Source: Raillietiella orientalis
Taxonomy: Eukaryota
Length of the DNA: 64,000 nucleotides
Assembly (NCBI GenBank): GCA_036172245.1
Contig: JAYWIR010000048.1
Coordinates: 1,178,001 to 1,242,000 of the forward strand
Reading direction: 5' to 3'
Part shown: one piece after another, positions 28,802-42,100 of the stretch
Layout: each line of letters starts with the position of its first letter
Numbering within the stretch: position 1 is the stretch's first letter
Position numbers and translations under genes: made by a program
The notes under the pieces: model-generated
Seen by the model: the letters and a program-made list of their open reading frames with translations, nothing else
Databases searched by the model: none
What the model was told of the DNA's origin: nothing

Positions 28802-29603
28802 AAACGCTGCGCTTGTTCTGAACGTACCTTAAAAAAAAGCCCATGTAATTACTTTCGGAAATACACACACACACACACACGTGTCTGGTTGCACTACGTC
28901 ACTTTTCTCTTGTGTGTGTGTGTGCATGTACGGCGGAACACTGCGCGTACCAGGTTCTGTACACGCGCTCGTCCCAGCTGGTGGTGTCCAGACGGGTTGC
29001 TGCGCGCGCGCGTGCGCCGAGAGCTTTCGAGGGGAGGCGCCGCGGCGTGCGCCAACTCGCGCGGGGTTCCCAAGGCGACGGAGCCATGTGGTGCGCGCGG
29101 AGGATGGATGCATGACGGATCCGGAGCAGGAAGAAGGGCGGGGGACGACCCCCTCCTTTGCGGGCGCGCTGCTGACCAGCTGGTCACAGCGGCGGCAATC
29201 CGAGCTTGATGGCTGTTTCCAGTGGAGACGGTTCCGAGCTCCCTGAAGGGTGACCCGAGAAACGAAAATAACGACGAGCAAGGGTTATGGTGGTGGCAGT
29301 TGCTCCCTCCGGGCTGCGTTTCCTCTCTTGGGATGAACTTCCGGCAAGGGAACTTCCGCGCCCTTTGGAGCTGCCCACAACGGGGATTCCCGCCTTCTCC
29401 GGGGGTTCTTCTTCATCCATCTCACGAGGATGGATGAACTGCGAAATCTCCGAGTGGTGGAAAAGCGCCAAGGCATCAGCGAAAACTCAAGGATATCCGG
29501 TGGTCAGCAGTCGAACGCGCTGCCGGAGTGTGTGTGTGGCCAAACGATCCACCACTTCCCTTTCAGATGCATGGCTCTGGTTTGACGAATGGCAATTTTG
29601 CAT

Positions 29604-29641
<38 letters not shown>

Positions 29642-32600
29642 CAATCTCTTTCCTTTTTGTCAGTGTTACCAGAGCACTAACAGGAGGCGGTGCGCACATC
29701 CGGTGGTGAAACCTCTTGTGTTCTCTACTGTTCTACAAGCATCCTTTTGTAGAATTCTGTCTGCCTTGGAGACAAAGCAGGTGTAAAGGGTTGCTTTATC
29801 CAGTTGGTATTCGCTTGCTATTCACAGCTTGATTTATTTGAAAAATGGAAATACGTGCGACTGGCTTGTGGGGTATTCCAACGATTTTTTTTTTTGACAC
29901 AACTTGCCGCCGTTGCTAGGAGACCCGTTCGAATGCGGCGCTTGCTTCTCGCGGATCGAATCGTTCGGCTATCCGAAACGAAGTTCAGAAGTCTTCAAAG
30001 AGTCCGTCTTCATCTGCTTCCTTCCTTCTTTCTTTCTTTCCTCATGCTGTCACCCTGCCCGCGTTCCCACAAATAGGACATCTGGAGCGATCTGGAATCG
30101 CAAAAGGCTGCTGCAGCCCATCAACTTTCTTGATCATCGTCAGGTCTCTTTCAGAGAGTTTCTGCTTTATCGAAGCTTCCGGAAAGTCCATTCATGGTTT
30201 GGTTTCACTCGAACCGTAAACAGAATAACCGGCGACAGCCATACATCCACTTACTGTCCCTCGTTTTGTATACAGCGGAGACCTGCTTTCTCTAAATCAG
30301 TGGTGCGTTCCGTTCAATTTGGAATCTTCTCCGGAACACGGGAGTCAGGATTTGTTAGTCTTTCTGCTGTTTGATTACATTGACTCTGCTGAAACACTCT
30401 CTGAGAACCCACACTGCTTGTCAAACATTCGGCTTTGTTTAAAATTTTGTCCATTGCATGCAGCACTCTGTTCGATGCGCCGTTCTGAGGAGAGATGGAG
30501 AAGATGGAGTCGTCGGCCGTTCCTTCCTGAACTCGCATCCTTCCGACGTCTTCCGGCTCGGACGCTTCCGTGTTTCCTCCTCGGCGTTCCCATGGCTGCT
30601 TCTCCCCGGCTGGGGTTCACGCGCTTCAAGCTTTCACGTGACCGCTCCATGTCGTGCTCTTGCAGGCAGGCCGTGGCCCCAGGGGAGAGCTACTGGGACC
30701 ACCGAGGAACTTTTGGATGGGTCCTCAAAAGTCCTCCAGCAGCAGCAGCAGCCGTGTCTCACACCTTCACGGTGAAGATCACCTCCGTAACTGAAGCCCC
30801 TCCGACCCAAAATGGCGACTCGGCGGCGGGTGCCCCGCGTCCGAGGCGAAGGTCCGCGTGCTTTCGAGAAGAAAAAAAAAAAAGAAACATCAGGGTAATT
30901 GGATTTCGTTTCTTTGATATCAGAGTTGAAATGGGCAATCAGTTTAAATTGCTCGTGCATGCTCCATGCTGCTGATCATCGGGTAATTCATGATGACCAG
31001 TGGGCTTAATTGTATGGAAACGCTTATCCATTTATAGCTGCCAATGTGGCGGTTTCATTATAATCAACTTCCGAAAGCAGAATATGTAGGTGTATCAAAC
31101 TGTGAATATAAATAAGCTCATATATATATATATATATATATTTCTTTTTCCTTTTTTTTGGGGGGGGACAAGTGATACTTTCTTTGTTGACCTATAGATA
31201 CCAATGCAATTAATGGGGAGGACTGAGAGAATAAAGACCTACCAGTGTACCTTGCATTTTTATCATTTGCCTCTCGTTTGACCCCATAGACTTTCTCTGA
31301 AAAGTTCCCTGGAGTTCGATTGCGGAGCTTAAGGGTAGTCAGCCCCATCCTTCTCCCGCCCCTGCGAATCCGTGCTGTTGTGAGGAGTCGGTCGAATTCT
31401 TCGTGATTCAGCGCTTCAGAGACAGGGTTGCCATTACTGTTGGATGCGCTTGTTACTCATTTTGTTGGCACCTGTTAGGGACATTACGTGGGTGGATGGA
31501 TATTTCGTTTCGTTTCTTTTCCCAATGAGACATTTCGACGCATGATGAATTCCACTGACACGATTGAGGAAACTGCTGTTTCTTTTGGATACAGCCAGTT
31601 GAGAATCCTCACTCGTTTGCAATCCGTTACAGTTTTTCCACAGTCATAATTACCTCTTGAGAGAGAAAAAAAAAAGGATTCTTGCGCCCGGGCTGTCATT
31701 TTGGGATTTTATTTCGAATTTCGATTTCTTCGCTGTTGGGGTGTGTTCACAGGTTGCTTACTTTGAAGGCTTGATGAAGACAGTTGGCTAGGGATTTTTT
31801 TTTTTCATGGATGAAGTGGATGGGATTTCGTGGATCCAACATGATCTAGAATCGTATTCTTAGGAACTACCAAGTGAGTTGTTTTCAAAGTTGGACCATT
31901 GGATTTCGATGCATTCTTTGCAACTTTTCGTTAATGTTGAATGCCTGATCCGTGGGTGTAACCTGTGATAGTTTGTATTTGCAAAAAATATCACAAAGTA
32001 GCAGTAGACACTTCACCTCTCAAGATATTTTTGTTATTCAACTGCTTGATGTACATCCCTGTGCTAAGCATCATTTGTCCCTCTGCCCTTTTGGCCTCAT
32101 CGGTTTTGTGACTCTCTGTACTAGGTCGTTCAAAAGGATTGGGCTTCATCTTCTTCTTGGTCTTGAAGGCCTTGGAAGCAGGCTGGCTTCCACTTGGCAA
32201 GTACCTAAATGCTCAAATCCGTGACATCACCCTTATCCACATTGGACTCTTGGTGCGATGGGTGCGTCCTTTGCAGCCCGTGCGGTCTCTTTCCGTCTCG
32301 GTCCGTAGGTGACGTCGTCCTCAGCACTACGTAGGTTTCTCTTTTCGCCTCCGCGTTTCCTATAAAATAGCAATCTGGGCCGCGTCTCACTGCATCCTCA
32401 CCAGCCACGTGCTGAGCTCGGTGATTTCGATGCAGCTTCCCAGCATCCTGGCTGCGTCTTGGGATGGATCGCTGGAATCGAAGTGTGCTGGTTCGCGGAG
32501 GCGAAGCGATCCGAGGAGGTAGTCAGTCCGCCCGCCTGTTCTGGAAAGCTCTTCTTTGTCTCGTTTTTCCAATTTTGGATGTCTCCGTTATTTCCACATC

Positions 32601-35397
32601 AGACTCGCATGATTTACGTGCCACATGATTTACGCGGTTTTCGGGTTCCGCAAGAACCGACTCGGTGCACTCACTCCACTTTGTCGTTTTGAGTTATTCG
32701 AAAAATAATGCACTTCGAATCCTTCGCGAGACCCCAGAGCATCCATGCCTCACATCAGCAGCCGTTAAACTCGGAATTGCCGGGCTGTGGACCAGAGTCA
32801 ACGTCTCCATGCCAATTTCCCCTCAAAATGTCGCGATTCCAAAAATTTTCCCGAGCCGCCGCCATGTCGGTGGCTTGGGAAGGCGTGCGATGCGACAGAG
32901 GGCGCGCGGGTGGGACGGTTTCTTCGGCTTCCGGCCATTTCCAGCGCCCACCGCGGGCTGCGGTCGCCCGTGACTGCTGCTGCGTCGGCAGCACTGGCCG
33001 TGCGTGTGCTTTTCGTTTTTCATTGAGGAAAGAAAAAAAAAAAAAAAGACCTGCCGAAGGTGCTTCCGTGTGACTGCCGCAAAGTCTCCGTTCGAAAACG
33101 GTGCCAATTTCGAGTATCCTCTTCCCCCCCCCCCCCACCTCTCTTCCCATTCCCACACGAGTGCATCCGATCTGCTGTGCTCAGGGCGCAGCAGGCACGG
33201 AAATCGACGGAGATGTGAAAGGCCAACGGCGTCCTCCGTTAGCAGGGAATTCTGGAGCATTCGGCTTTCCTCTCCCGTTCCCATAGCGCTTTGGTTGCCC
33301 CGGCTCTTTCCCTTCCTTGTCTGCGGCGCTCCCGGCGCTGTTCCTCGCCTGTAGCTCTTCGCTCGCGAAAACAACCACTCGGGTTGTGATGGCTCCCATC
33401 AGTGGTAACCCGCAACCCGGCAGAGGGGTTTTTTTTTTCACGGTCCGTAAAGTTGCAGATGCACCTTTGCTGTTGGCGCTTTGGAACGCAGTTGTGCCTC
33501 CCTCAAGCAGACAAAGCCAGCAGATACTCCGTCTGCACTTCCAGCTCGGTGCTCCACAACAACGCTGCTGTTCTTCTTCTTTTCGAGTCTGCAGCTTTCG
33601 CTTTCGGTGGATCGGTGAATTCGGTCCACTGGTCCTGAGGATGACCCTCATCTCCAGGGTTCAGGTTCCCCTTCTAAATCTGTGGCCTTCGGTTTCACCA
33701 TTTTGACGTTTGGGCGGCTTTGGTTATGTGTTCTTATTTCCGTGAGACAGAAATTCTTGCCGTTCCACCATCCAGTCCTCCTTCCCTTTTCATTCAAGCT
33801 CCAATCTTTTCTCCCTCTCTCTCTCACTCTCTCGCATCTTTTTTTTTTTTTTTGCTGCTTGAATTTGAATTCTCCTTGAATTTCGGATCACGGACGTGAC
33901 GCCTCTTGCCTTATTACTTTCTTGTGGAGATAGAGTTTTCGATAAGTTTCCTATCTTCGACCCACTCGCAATACACGTTTTCCCCCCGGCTTCTCTGCTG
34001 CTTTCCACCTGATGGGAAGACTTCCGACATATCCGTTCCACGACTGCTGTCTCCCCTCCACCCTTATCCCCCCAAGCAAACAACAACAACCCCACCCACC
34101 CACCCACCCACACACACACACACACAGCAAAACTTGCACCGAACTTGCTGCCTCTTCAGCACTCATTATCATAGCAGCCCCGTATGGGGTTTAAATAATT
34201 TAAAATACTTATCTCGAGCTCGCAATCCTTCTCCTTGCGTTTCCACCTTCACCTCTATGCTGCAGACCAGCAAGCACGGTGCGTCATTTCTTCGCTCCTT
34301 CCTCTCATGAGCACAGCAAGAAAGAAGATGAATGCGAAAGCGGAAAGGACTTGAGGGATGCAGGTCTGAGATGTTAACGAAGGCCTCGATGATGATAGCT
34401 TAATCGGGTGATCTCGAGGATGCTGCTGAAAAGCCGAACAATCGTCACCAGTGTTTGGGTGATTTCTCTTCCTCATCCCTAGACAAATGAGGATGTCTGT
34501 CGTGGCACGGAGGAAGCTTTTCCCTGTGTGTTTCCTTCGTCACTCTCGCTCTGCCTCTCCTTTGCTGCTCGGTGTTTTGTCTGTCCATTGAACGCATGGA
34601 TAAACCGCGACGAGTTGGCAATGGATAGCTGCCGAGGGAGCGTTTCTATTTTTATTCAGCTTTTAGATTTTCGGAATTGAGTTACGGCACGCTCTTCTTC
34701 TGGGAGGCACCTGGTTTTCGACCAAGGTTTTGCCTCCTGGTCGGCAGAGGGCTGCTTGCGGCCGCCTCTTTCAAACGTTCTTGACACCTATCTGACACCA
34801 GAATGCTGTTCCACCAACGAGGTGACCCCTCTGGAATATGCTCTCCAGTGCCTCACTCCAAAATCCATCAGCTAGGTCCATCACCTTGCGAGGTCTATGC
34901 TCTGTCATCCAGAGTTCTGCTGAAGACGCGAATCCTCGTTCTCAGGCATACGAAAATCACTAGCGGAAGACAGAGAGTCGTTCCAGTGGATTTAATTCCG
35001 ATCCATGGAGGAGATCGGTGAGGACGAAGTGGCATCCAGTGAGAGAGCGAACTGCTGCTGCCTATTCCTTCTTCTTCGTGTCCTGCAGTAGCTGACGCCG
35101 GGAAACACGGAACGTTACCATCCGTGTTACCGAGGTTCCTCATGAGCGTTGGAAAGAAAAGAAAAAAAAAAAAAAAACCCCTGGAAGCATCGAGACTCAC
35201 CACGGGACACAGCATCCCACCCTGCAATCCCACGGTCCAGAGGTCTTCCTTGCACTCGCTCAGAGGCACGCAGGCATTTCCTTTTTGCGGTTCACTAAGT
35301 ACCTCAAGAGCCGGTCGCGTGCCTTGCGGCGCACATGGCACTTTAAACACACTGTTTAGTTTCCACGCCTCTCCCCTGCGTGCAACCCCGCAGGGGG

Positions 35398-36140
35398 TGT
35401 GTAATTCTTAACTGTAATTCTTCAGGATAGGGGACACCCCGGGATGGGGGTCCGCCCTGTGAATGCAGGAAGGGCTCGGAGTCCGTTTCTCTCACGCTTG
35501 GGGAACACCTCCCACCCTGGTTGTCTCCGAAGGGGAACCCCGAAGGGAATCTGCTTCCTCATTCTCTCCGGAGGGACCAGCGGAACCCGGAAGGGGGGTG
35601 GTCCTCTCCATTTTCATCTTCTCCGAAGGGAACCGCTCCTGTTCACTCCTCTGAAGAGAACCCCGAAGGGAAGCTTCCGAAACTCAGAAGGGGCGCTGCA
35701 GCTTCCCGCAGGGGGATCGCTCTCTCTTGCTCCTTGCACTCTTCTGGAGAGGTGGCGACTCGGAGGGTCTCCCCCCTCAGCAGAGGAGGTCAGCTCCTTT
35801 GAACAACTGGAGAGGTGCCCGTGAGGGTTCCTGCTCCATATCGAAACCGGAGGGGTCCCCCGGTGAGGGGGGTCCGCTCTCCGTTGCACGACAGAAGGGG
35901 GAACTCCCTACTCGTTGATTCCTGGAAGGACCTGAAGGTAGACTTCCATTTCGTCCGCCTTCATCGGGGGCCTCCGGCTTAAACCACCACCGTTGCCACG
36001 CCCGAATGTCTCAGCGCCATTGCAGGAGGAACTCGGAACCCAAACGACGCAATGGCGTCAAGTTATCTGCCCAAGTATTCGAACCCGCGACGCACGGTGC
36101 CACGCGCGGAAGCCTCAACCACAAAGCCTCCGACGCGGGC
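35398..36140 (-). mobile_element. Putative tRNA-derived SINE, copy 2 (most complete)
   Basis: On the minus strand: A-box-like AGGCTTTGTGGTTGAGG (36113-36129) and B-box GGTTCGAAT (36077-36085). The head GGCACCGTGCGTCGCGGGTTCGAAT is 23/25 identical to copy 1, the body is shared, and the 3' tail has tandem AAGAATTACA x2. Confidence 0.7.
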
Positions 36141-39100
36141 TTCCTGAAAACCTGGTGAAAGGAACCACGGCAACAGGAAATTGCGGAGATGCCTCTCTGC
36201 GGCAGCATTCCAGTACTCGCGCTTCGCGGGGTAGCAAAGAACACACGGCCTCGGAATGGAGGTGGCACTGGAAGAGACCGAAGAAGACGAAATCACTCTT
36301 GTGAACTCCAGTTCGTGCAGCACTTCTTGCCCATGCTGGTGAACAAGAGTCTCTGCTTCATGAATCGTGATCCATAAAACGGTCCGGATGCGTGCGCAAC
36401 GGGGGAAGAGCAGGAAGCTGCGTCCACGAGGTCGCTTGGGAAAGTTCCTTCAGCAGGAAGTTTCTCAATAAAAACACCCACCCACGCAAAGCTGACAACG
36501 GGTTGCTTCTTCCTGCGGTTTAAGTTGCAGAAAGGACTGGGATTTCTGATCCTGGCAAAGCGATCTTTGCCGCGGATGACATCTGCCTACTGATTTCCTT
36601 TGCTAGGCTGTTCCAAAAGCGCGTGTAAAAGGTCATGGAGTGCTGCTGCACGATCCAAATAGAAGCACAGTCTGAGTTTGTTGAGCTCTCCGTGTCGTCC
36701 GACCAGCTGAGCACGGACGTTTCCCAGCTTTTCTGGTACTGGGGATGCTGTGATTGAATTTTTTGTTCGTCCTCGGAATGACAACGATACTTTTCGAGGG
36801 CTGTCGCGTTCCAAATCTTCCGCTGCTGAAAACAAGATACCAGTCAGGCATGCCACCACGATATTTTGAGTTAATTACCAGGTGGGGATTGGAGGACTCG
36901 TCGCCGTTGGGTTCGTTCAGCTGCCTTCATCTATTTATTTGCTTATTTTTTTTCTTTCAGATGCTCACCTCTATGATTTGAGCATAGAGCGGCATTAGAA
37001 GAGAAAAAAGCTGTGGATACTAAGTGCTTATCGAGAAACTTCAGGAAAGGACATTTCTGCACGTTATTATTAAAAAAAAAAAAAAAAAAAAACATTCGAG
37101 ATAACTCGTAAGAAGATAAAACTTGGAAGCACGCGCAGCTGTGGACAAACAGAATTGTGATGCTGCAGTATCGGCCTGGAATTGAGTTCTGTAATGGAAT
37201 ACATCTGAAAAAGGGCAAAAATTCAGCCCATGAATAAATCGAATTCAGTTTCTTTGACGGTCTTCTTCTTCTTCAGAAGACTGCGAAGACGGTTGTCAAT
37301 GCGAAGTCCCGCGGCACGAGTGGTCATCCAAACTGTGGCGGGCAAACACGCGTGCATCCACCCCGAGGTCCCCAAACCGAGGCAAAAACTCTCGAGTTGG
37401 AGTGAGGAACTTCCGGGGCGAGTTTTTAACGCGAAATAGGAATCGGAGGAAGGGACGCGATGCGGGGTGGGGGTGGAGGGGATGGGGCATTCATGAACTG
37501 GCGAAGTGGTCCTGGAGGTTTCCGTCTCTGAATCAAACAGCTCCTGACTGGCCGTGCAAGAAGGCGAGCTGAAGAAGCAGTCGCTGAGAGCGACCGATGG
37601 ATGGACGGACGTGACTGCCAGAAGGCATCTCGAAAATCAAAAAGAGTGTGCGGTAATTTCCGAAATGTTCTCAAATCTCCCTCTGCTTTGGAGACGACGG
37701 GTGCTGCTGAGAACCGCAGTCGGACTGTTTCGTGGTGTAGCCCTGTAAAGGAAACACACACACACACACACACACACATTATGCAGATATGTGGCTCCAA
37801 CTGAGGTATCGCAATAAAAGGTTGCCAATAAATGAGTGCACATTTGCACGCAACACACACAAAAACAAAACAAAGTCGCGAATTTTTTTTTTTTTTTTTT
37901 AAATTGCATCTGCCCTGACACGTGGCTGCCTTTGCCCGGAAAGATTCCCATCTTTGCGACATGGACCCACGTGTGCCGCCGTTAGCAGAGGGCCGTACGG
38001 AACTTTGATTCATTTGCATCCTTGCGAGCCTCCACTGTACACATCTTTGCAGCAGCCGGTTCTCACCGGTGGCCACGGCAACGAAAGCACTTCCTTCTCA
38101 GCACTCCGGAAAAAAATTGATGTGCGATAAAAGGCGCCGAGGTAAGCTCGTAGAGCGCAAGATGAATGTGAGCTGAAGACGGAAGCCGTGGAGTGGCACG
38201 TGTCACGAGTAGAGTTGAGGAAATCCACGGAATTCAATCAGCAAAAGGAAAGTTTTACTGCGCTTGGATGTGCAGACGGGGGCGGGGAGGGGGAGGACAG
38301 TTTCACCACGGAAGATCCACGTCTAACTTAGTTGTCGCATCTCTGACCAATCCATCCTTGTGTCTGCAGCGGCACACGGAACTTGGTATCAGAGAATCCA
38401 CGCGCCGCCTCGGTCGTGACAAAATCTCAGTTCCCCTCGATGATCCTGAAGAATCCGCTCACAAAGGGCAGCCGGAAGCCCTACGGAACGCTTCATAAGG
38501 AACTGCCCGCGTGGGATCTCCTGGTGTCCAGAGATGACGATTTCGGAGATCCGTACTATGCATCAACACAGTTCTTGTTTGTACTCAGGCGAAGGGGACA
38601 GAAAAGATAAGATCAGTCATGGCTGGAAAGGATGGTTTCAGTCCAGATGCTTCAGAAACAGGAATGCTGGACCCGTTCAGCACATGGGCACGCAAGCAGC
38701 TTGCTTGACCTCGGCCGCCATTTATCCGAAGCTGATGCTAAGCACATCGAGAGCGACCATCGCTGAAAGCTGAGCCCTGTCTTCTCGCAGTCGGTCGCCC
38801 GGCTCTTCTAAGGATCCCGCACCGAGAAGGTGCTTCATTTCCCACGCAGCGCCGATGTGCTGCTGCGCCCGCCAAGGTTTCCCCCCACCCATCTCACCCA
38901 GAAAGACGGAGCATGAGTCCGGCAGAAGGAGCAGGCTGCCACGTTGGGGGTGGGTGAGTGGTCCATGTGTCAGAGGAAACGCGGGGTGGACAACCTGTTT
39001 CTCGTTCTGTCGCGCCCCAATTACCAGGAACCCACCGCTGAAGCTGACTGTGGCGACGATGGTCTCTCCTTGGACGGGTGGATGCGAACCACAGGAAGCA

Positions 39101-42100
39101 GTGGTTCTGACAAGTGCGATGTGGACTTTTGTGCAAACGTGAGATATAATCCAAGTCGGAGGAAGAGCGGCATCAAATGAATGAGGTGGGAATGCAGAAG
39201 AATGGAAGAGGAGGAGGAAAGGGTGAGGGAATAACAGGGCGTTCCGTTCTGGCCCGGCAAATGGCAGTAGCCAGCACGAGCCACAGGGCTTCTGTGAAGC
39301 GCAGACCCCGGAAGTAGCTGCACTCAGCAAAGACGATCCACAAAGACTTCTCCACTCAGGTCTCAGGATCCCAAGGAGGCTGAAGCAGCTTCTGGCGTCC
39401 ATGATCCAGTGTGAGTTGCATACTCTATAATTTTCGTTCTTACCTGTGTTGGATCCTACAAAGTACGATTTCCGAATGATGATGATGATGATAGAACACC
39501 CCAACGGCAAAATCGGCCGTGAAACTGCTTCCTGGGTCATTGCATGCCTAGAGTCCGCATCAGTTTGTACGACATTGGTTGATAGAAAGACGCGGTTCCT
39601 AAGATTCCGCACAAGATGTCTCCGATGGTGGCTGTGCCTTTCCGGAGCGCCACGGTTTCCAGGGGAACGAACTCTTCTCGGTTCCTCTGCGGGCACTTGG
39701 TTGGACCGAAGGCACGCCTTTCTTATCCAATTTTGCGAAACAGAGGAAGCACATGAGGTAACGTACCAGGGAGCTGAAGTGGGGGAGAGTGCAAAGAAGA
39801 AAGTTCCCTCTCAACTGGGGATTTTTCTCGGCTGCGGCGGGACGCATCGGTTACCAAGGGAGACGCTGGAAATTCAGCTGCTGTAGCATGAGCGAAGCCA
39901 CGAATGGAGGAGAGGCTGGAACGGCTCTTCTTGGGACATCAGTCGGGTGGAAGGATGGAATGGGTGCGAACCCGCGGAAACCTCGACGTGCCAACTCGCT
40001 TTTTTTGTGACCACGATGCAAGATGGGGAGCCCTGTGGCCCTAAAGCTGAAGGGCTGGTGGAGCGATTGCCGTTAACGAATCGCCCTCGCTCGATTTTCT
40101 TGTGTGCCACGAAGTGTGCAGTTCTGAATTCCGTGTTCCGATCTCTCCAGAGGACACTGAAAAGCACTCGCGATCCCTCCCGAACGTCGGGAATTCCAGA
40201 AAAGTAGCATTTATTTCATGCAGAGAAACAAACTTGAAGGTCGCCAACAAGTCAGCAGAATTTAAAGAGCCCCCACGAGGTGTATCTGAGGAAACACCTC
40301 GTGGGTTCGGATCGAACTTGCGAGCTCAGAGCTTTGAGCAGAGTCGGAATCCCTTGGACTGGCTGAAGACACACCTTTTGCTAAGTTGGTTTGGAGGATC
40401 GGACAGAAAGCAGACTGTCAGGAGCTTGACTTTGCCTGGAATGGTTGGCAACCCTGCGGGAAAGTCGTTCAACCAGAAATTTGAATTTTGGGTTTGCTTT
40501 TGACCCCTTTAAAAAAAAAAAAAAAAAAAAAAATGAAGGACGGATGTTGTGCTGTCACTTTACGTGAAGAAGGCTCGGAAGATTCCAGTATGCAGAGGAG
40601 CATTTCAAAATAAAGTGGACCAAACTGCTGAGGCCCGTCTACAGGCTGAGGCCGCCTTTGTTCCCAGAGTCCCGTCAGTAGCCGAGGATGGTCAGCGTTG
40701 CAGTGGAGCTGTTGACCTGTGCAAATGCACGTGTGCTCGCCCTCCTTGAAGTGCAAGGCTCTCCCCTGGCACGGGACCGAGGGGGCCCCGCAGAGGCGAC
40801 CCGAACATCGCCAAGCCCACGTTTGCTGACATCTCTGAAGCCTCTCCGTGCATCTCGATGAGGGCGAGAGATGGACGGAAGGTTCTCTTCTTCGCCAGAT
40901 GGTTTCCTTACCTTTTATCCGGAAATAAAAGATTCCCTTGCCTTCCCATTTGCCTTCTTTTTTCCCTCCTGTTGTCGGGGAAGCAGCGTTTCTCTTCTCG
41001 GAATCGCTCCTCGCCCCGGGCGCTTTCATCGCGTTGCTGGCATGGTTTCCTTGGCTCATGTGGATTCCTTTGCTAAGCAGTCCCTGGGCAGGTTTGACGG
41101 GAAGAGGAGGAGGAGGAAGATATTTTCAAGATGAGTCAGTCGTTGCCCCCCCCTCCCCCCCCCCCGAGGAGTGCCGAAACACTTGCTCGTTTGCATCGAC
41201 ATGCTTCAAAGTTAATGCGGAGCCCACTCGTGCGCCCGTTTCTTTCTTTCTTTCTTTCTTTCCTCTCTCCCCCTTCGCAGCCGAGTACTTTCGATTGCTC
41301 CTCCGTTTTTCTCCCGAGCGCCTCCTGGGGCGCAGCGGCACGCGCGCGCCGGGTGCCAAGCAACGCCCTGGCGCGGCGGGCACTCCCGCCATGCGGGTTC
41401 TGGTGCCGGTCTGCGGGGCCACGAGGGGCGGGGCGGGCGGGGGGCGGAATTGGCCTCGATGCCCCCCCTCTGGTCCGAGCGGCCCCGCCGAGCGGAGCTT
41501 TGGCGTCGCCCCCGCCCCGCCACGGGCGCAGAATGGCCGCGCGGGGATGTCCATTGTTGAGCTAATTGGGGGAAGGCGCCCGGGAGCTAAAAATACCCAA
41601 CAATGGGGGGAGCCGCGCTCGGCGTTCGGTTTGGCAACAGCGCGGTAATTGCGCCACCTGACTTTGTGCGCGTCGGGGCGATTAAATCGGCTCCCCCGCG
41701 TCCCCCTGGGATTCCCGTGCCTTCCTGCTGCTGCCGCGCGCATCCGGGACGCGTTGCGAAAGCTTTTCCCCGAGACCCCTCCGCGGAAGCGTCCGTTTCC
41801 TCCGCACCGGGGGGGGGGGGTCGCGCGCGCGCACGAAACGCCGGGTGCAGGCGACGGCGGCAGCACGCGCGGCGCCACGACTCCGGCTGGGAAAACGCCA
41901 CCGCGAAACGCCTTCCGTGTCTCTGCCCCCGTGGCTGCTTGGCCCCGCGATTTCCCCCACCCTCAACCTCGAGATTCTCCTGTGCGTGTCATTTTGAAAC
42001 CGACACGCGAATCCTCTTCTGTCCTTACGTAGGGCGCATTCGATAGGGGGGGGGAGGGGGTACAAAACTTCCCGTTCCCCCCCCCCCCCTCGTATGTCCT

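Noticed and set aside
38722..39696. 324-aa minus-strand ORF
   Set aside because: Non-ATG start, crosses an ATC microsatellite, and has no recognisable motifs.
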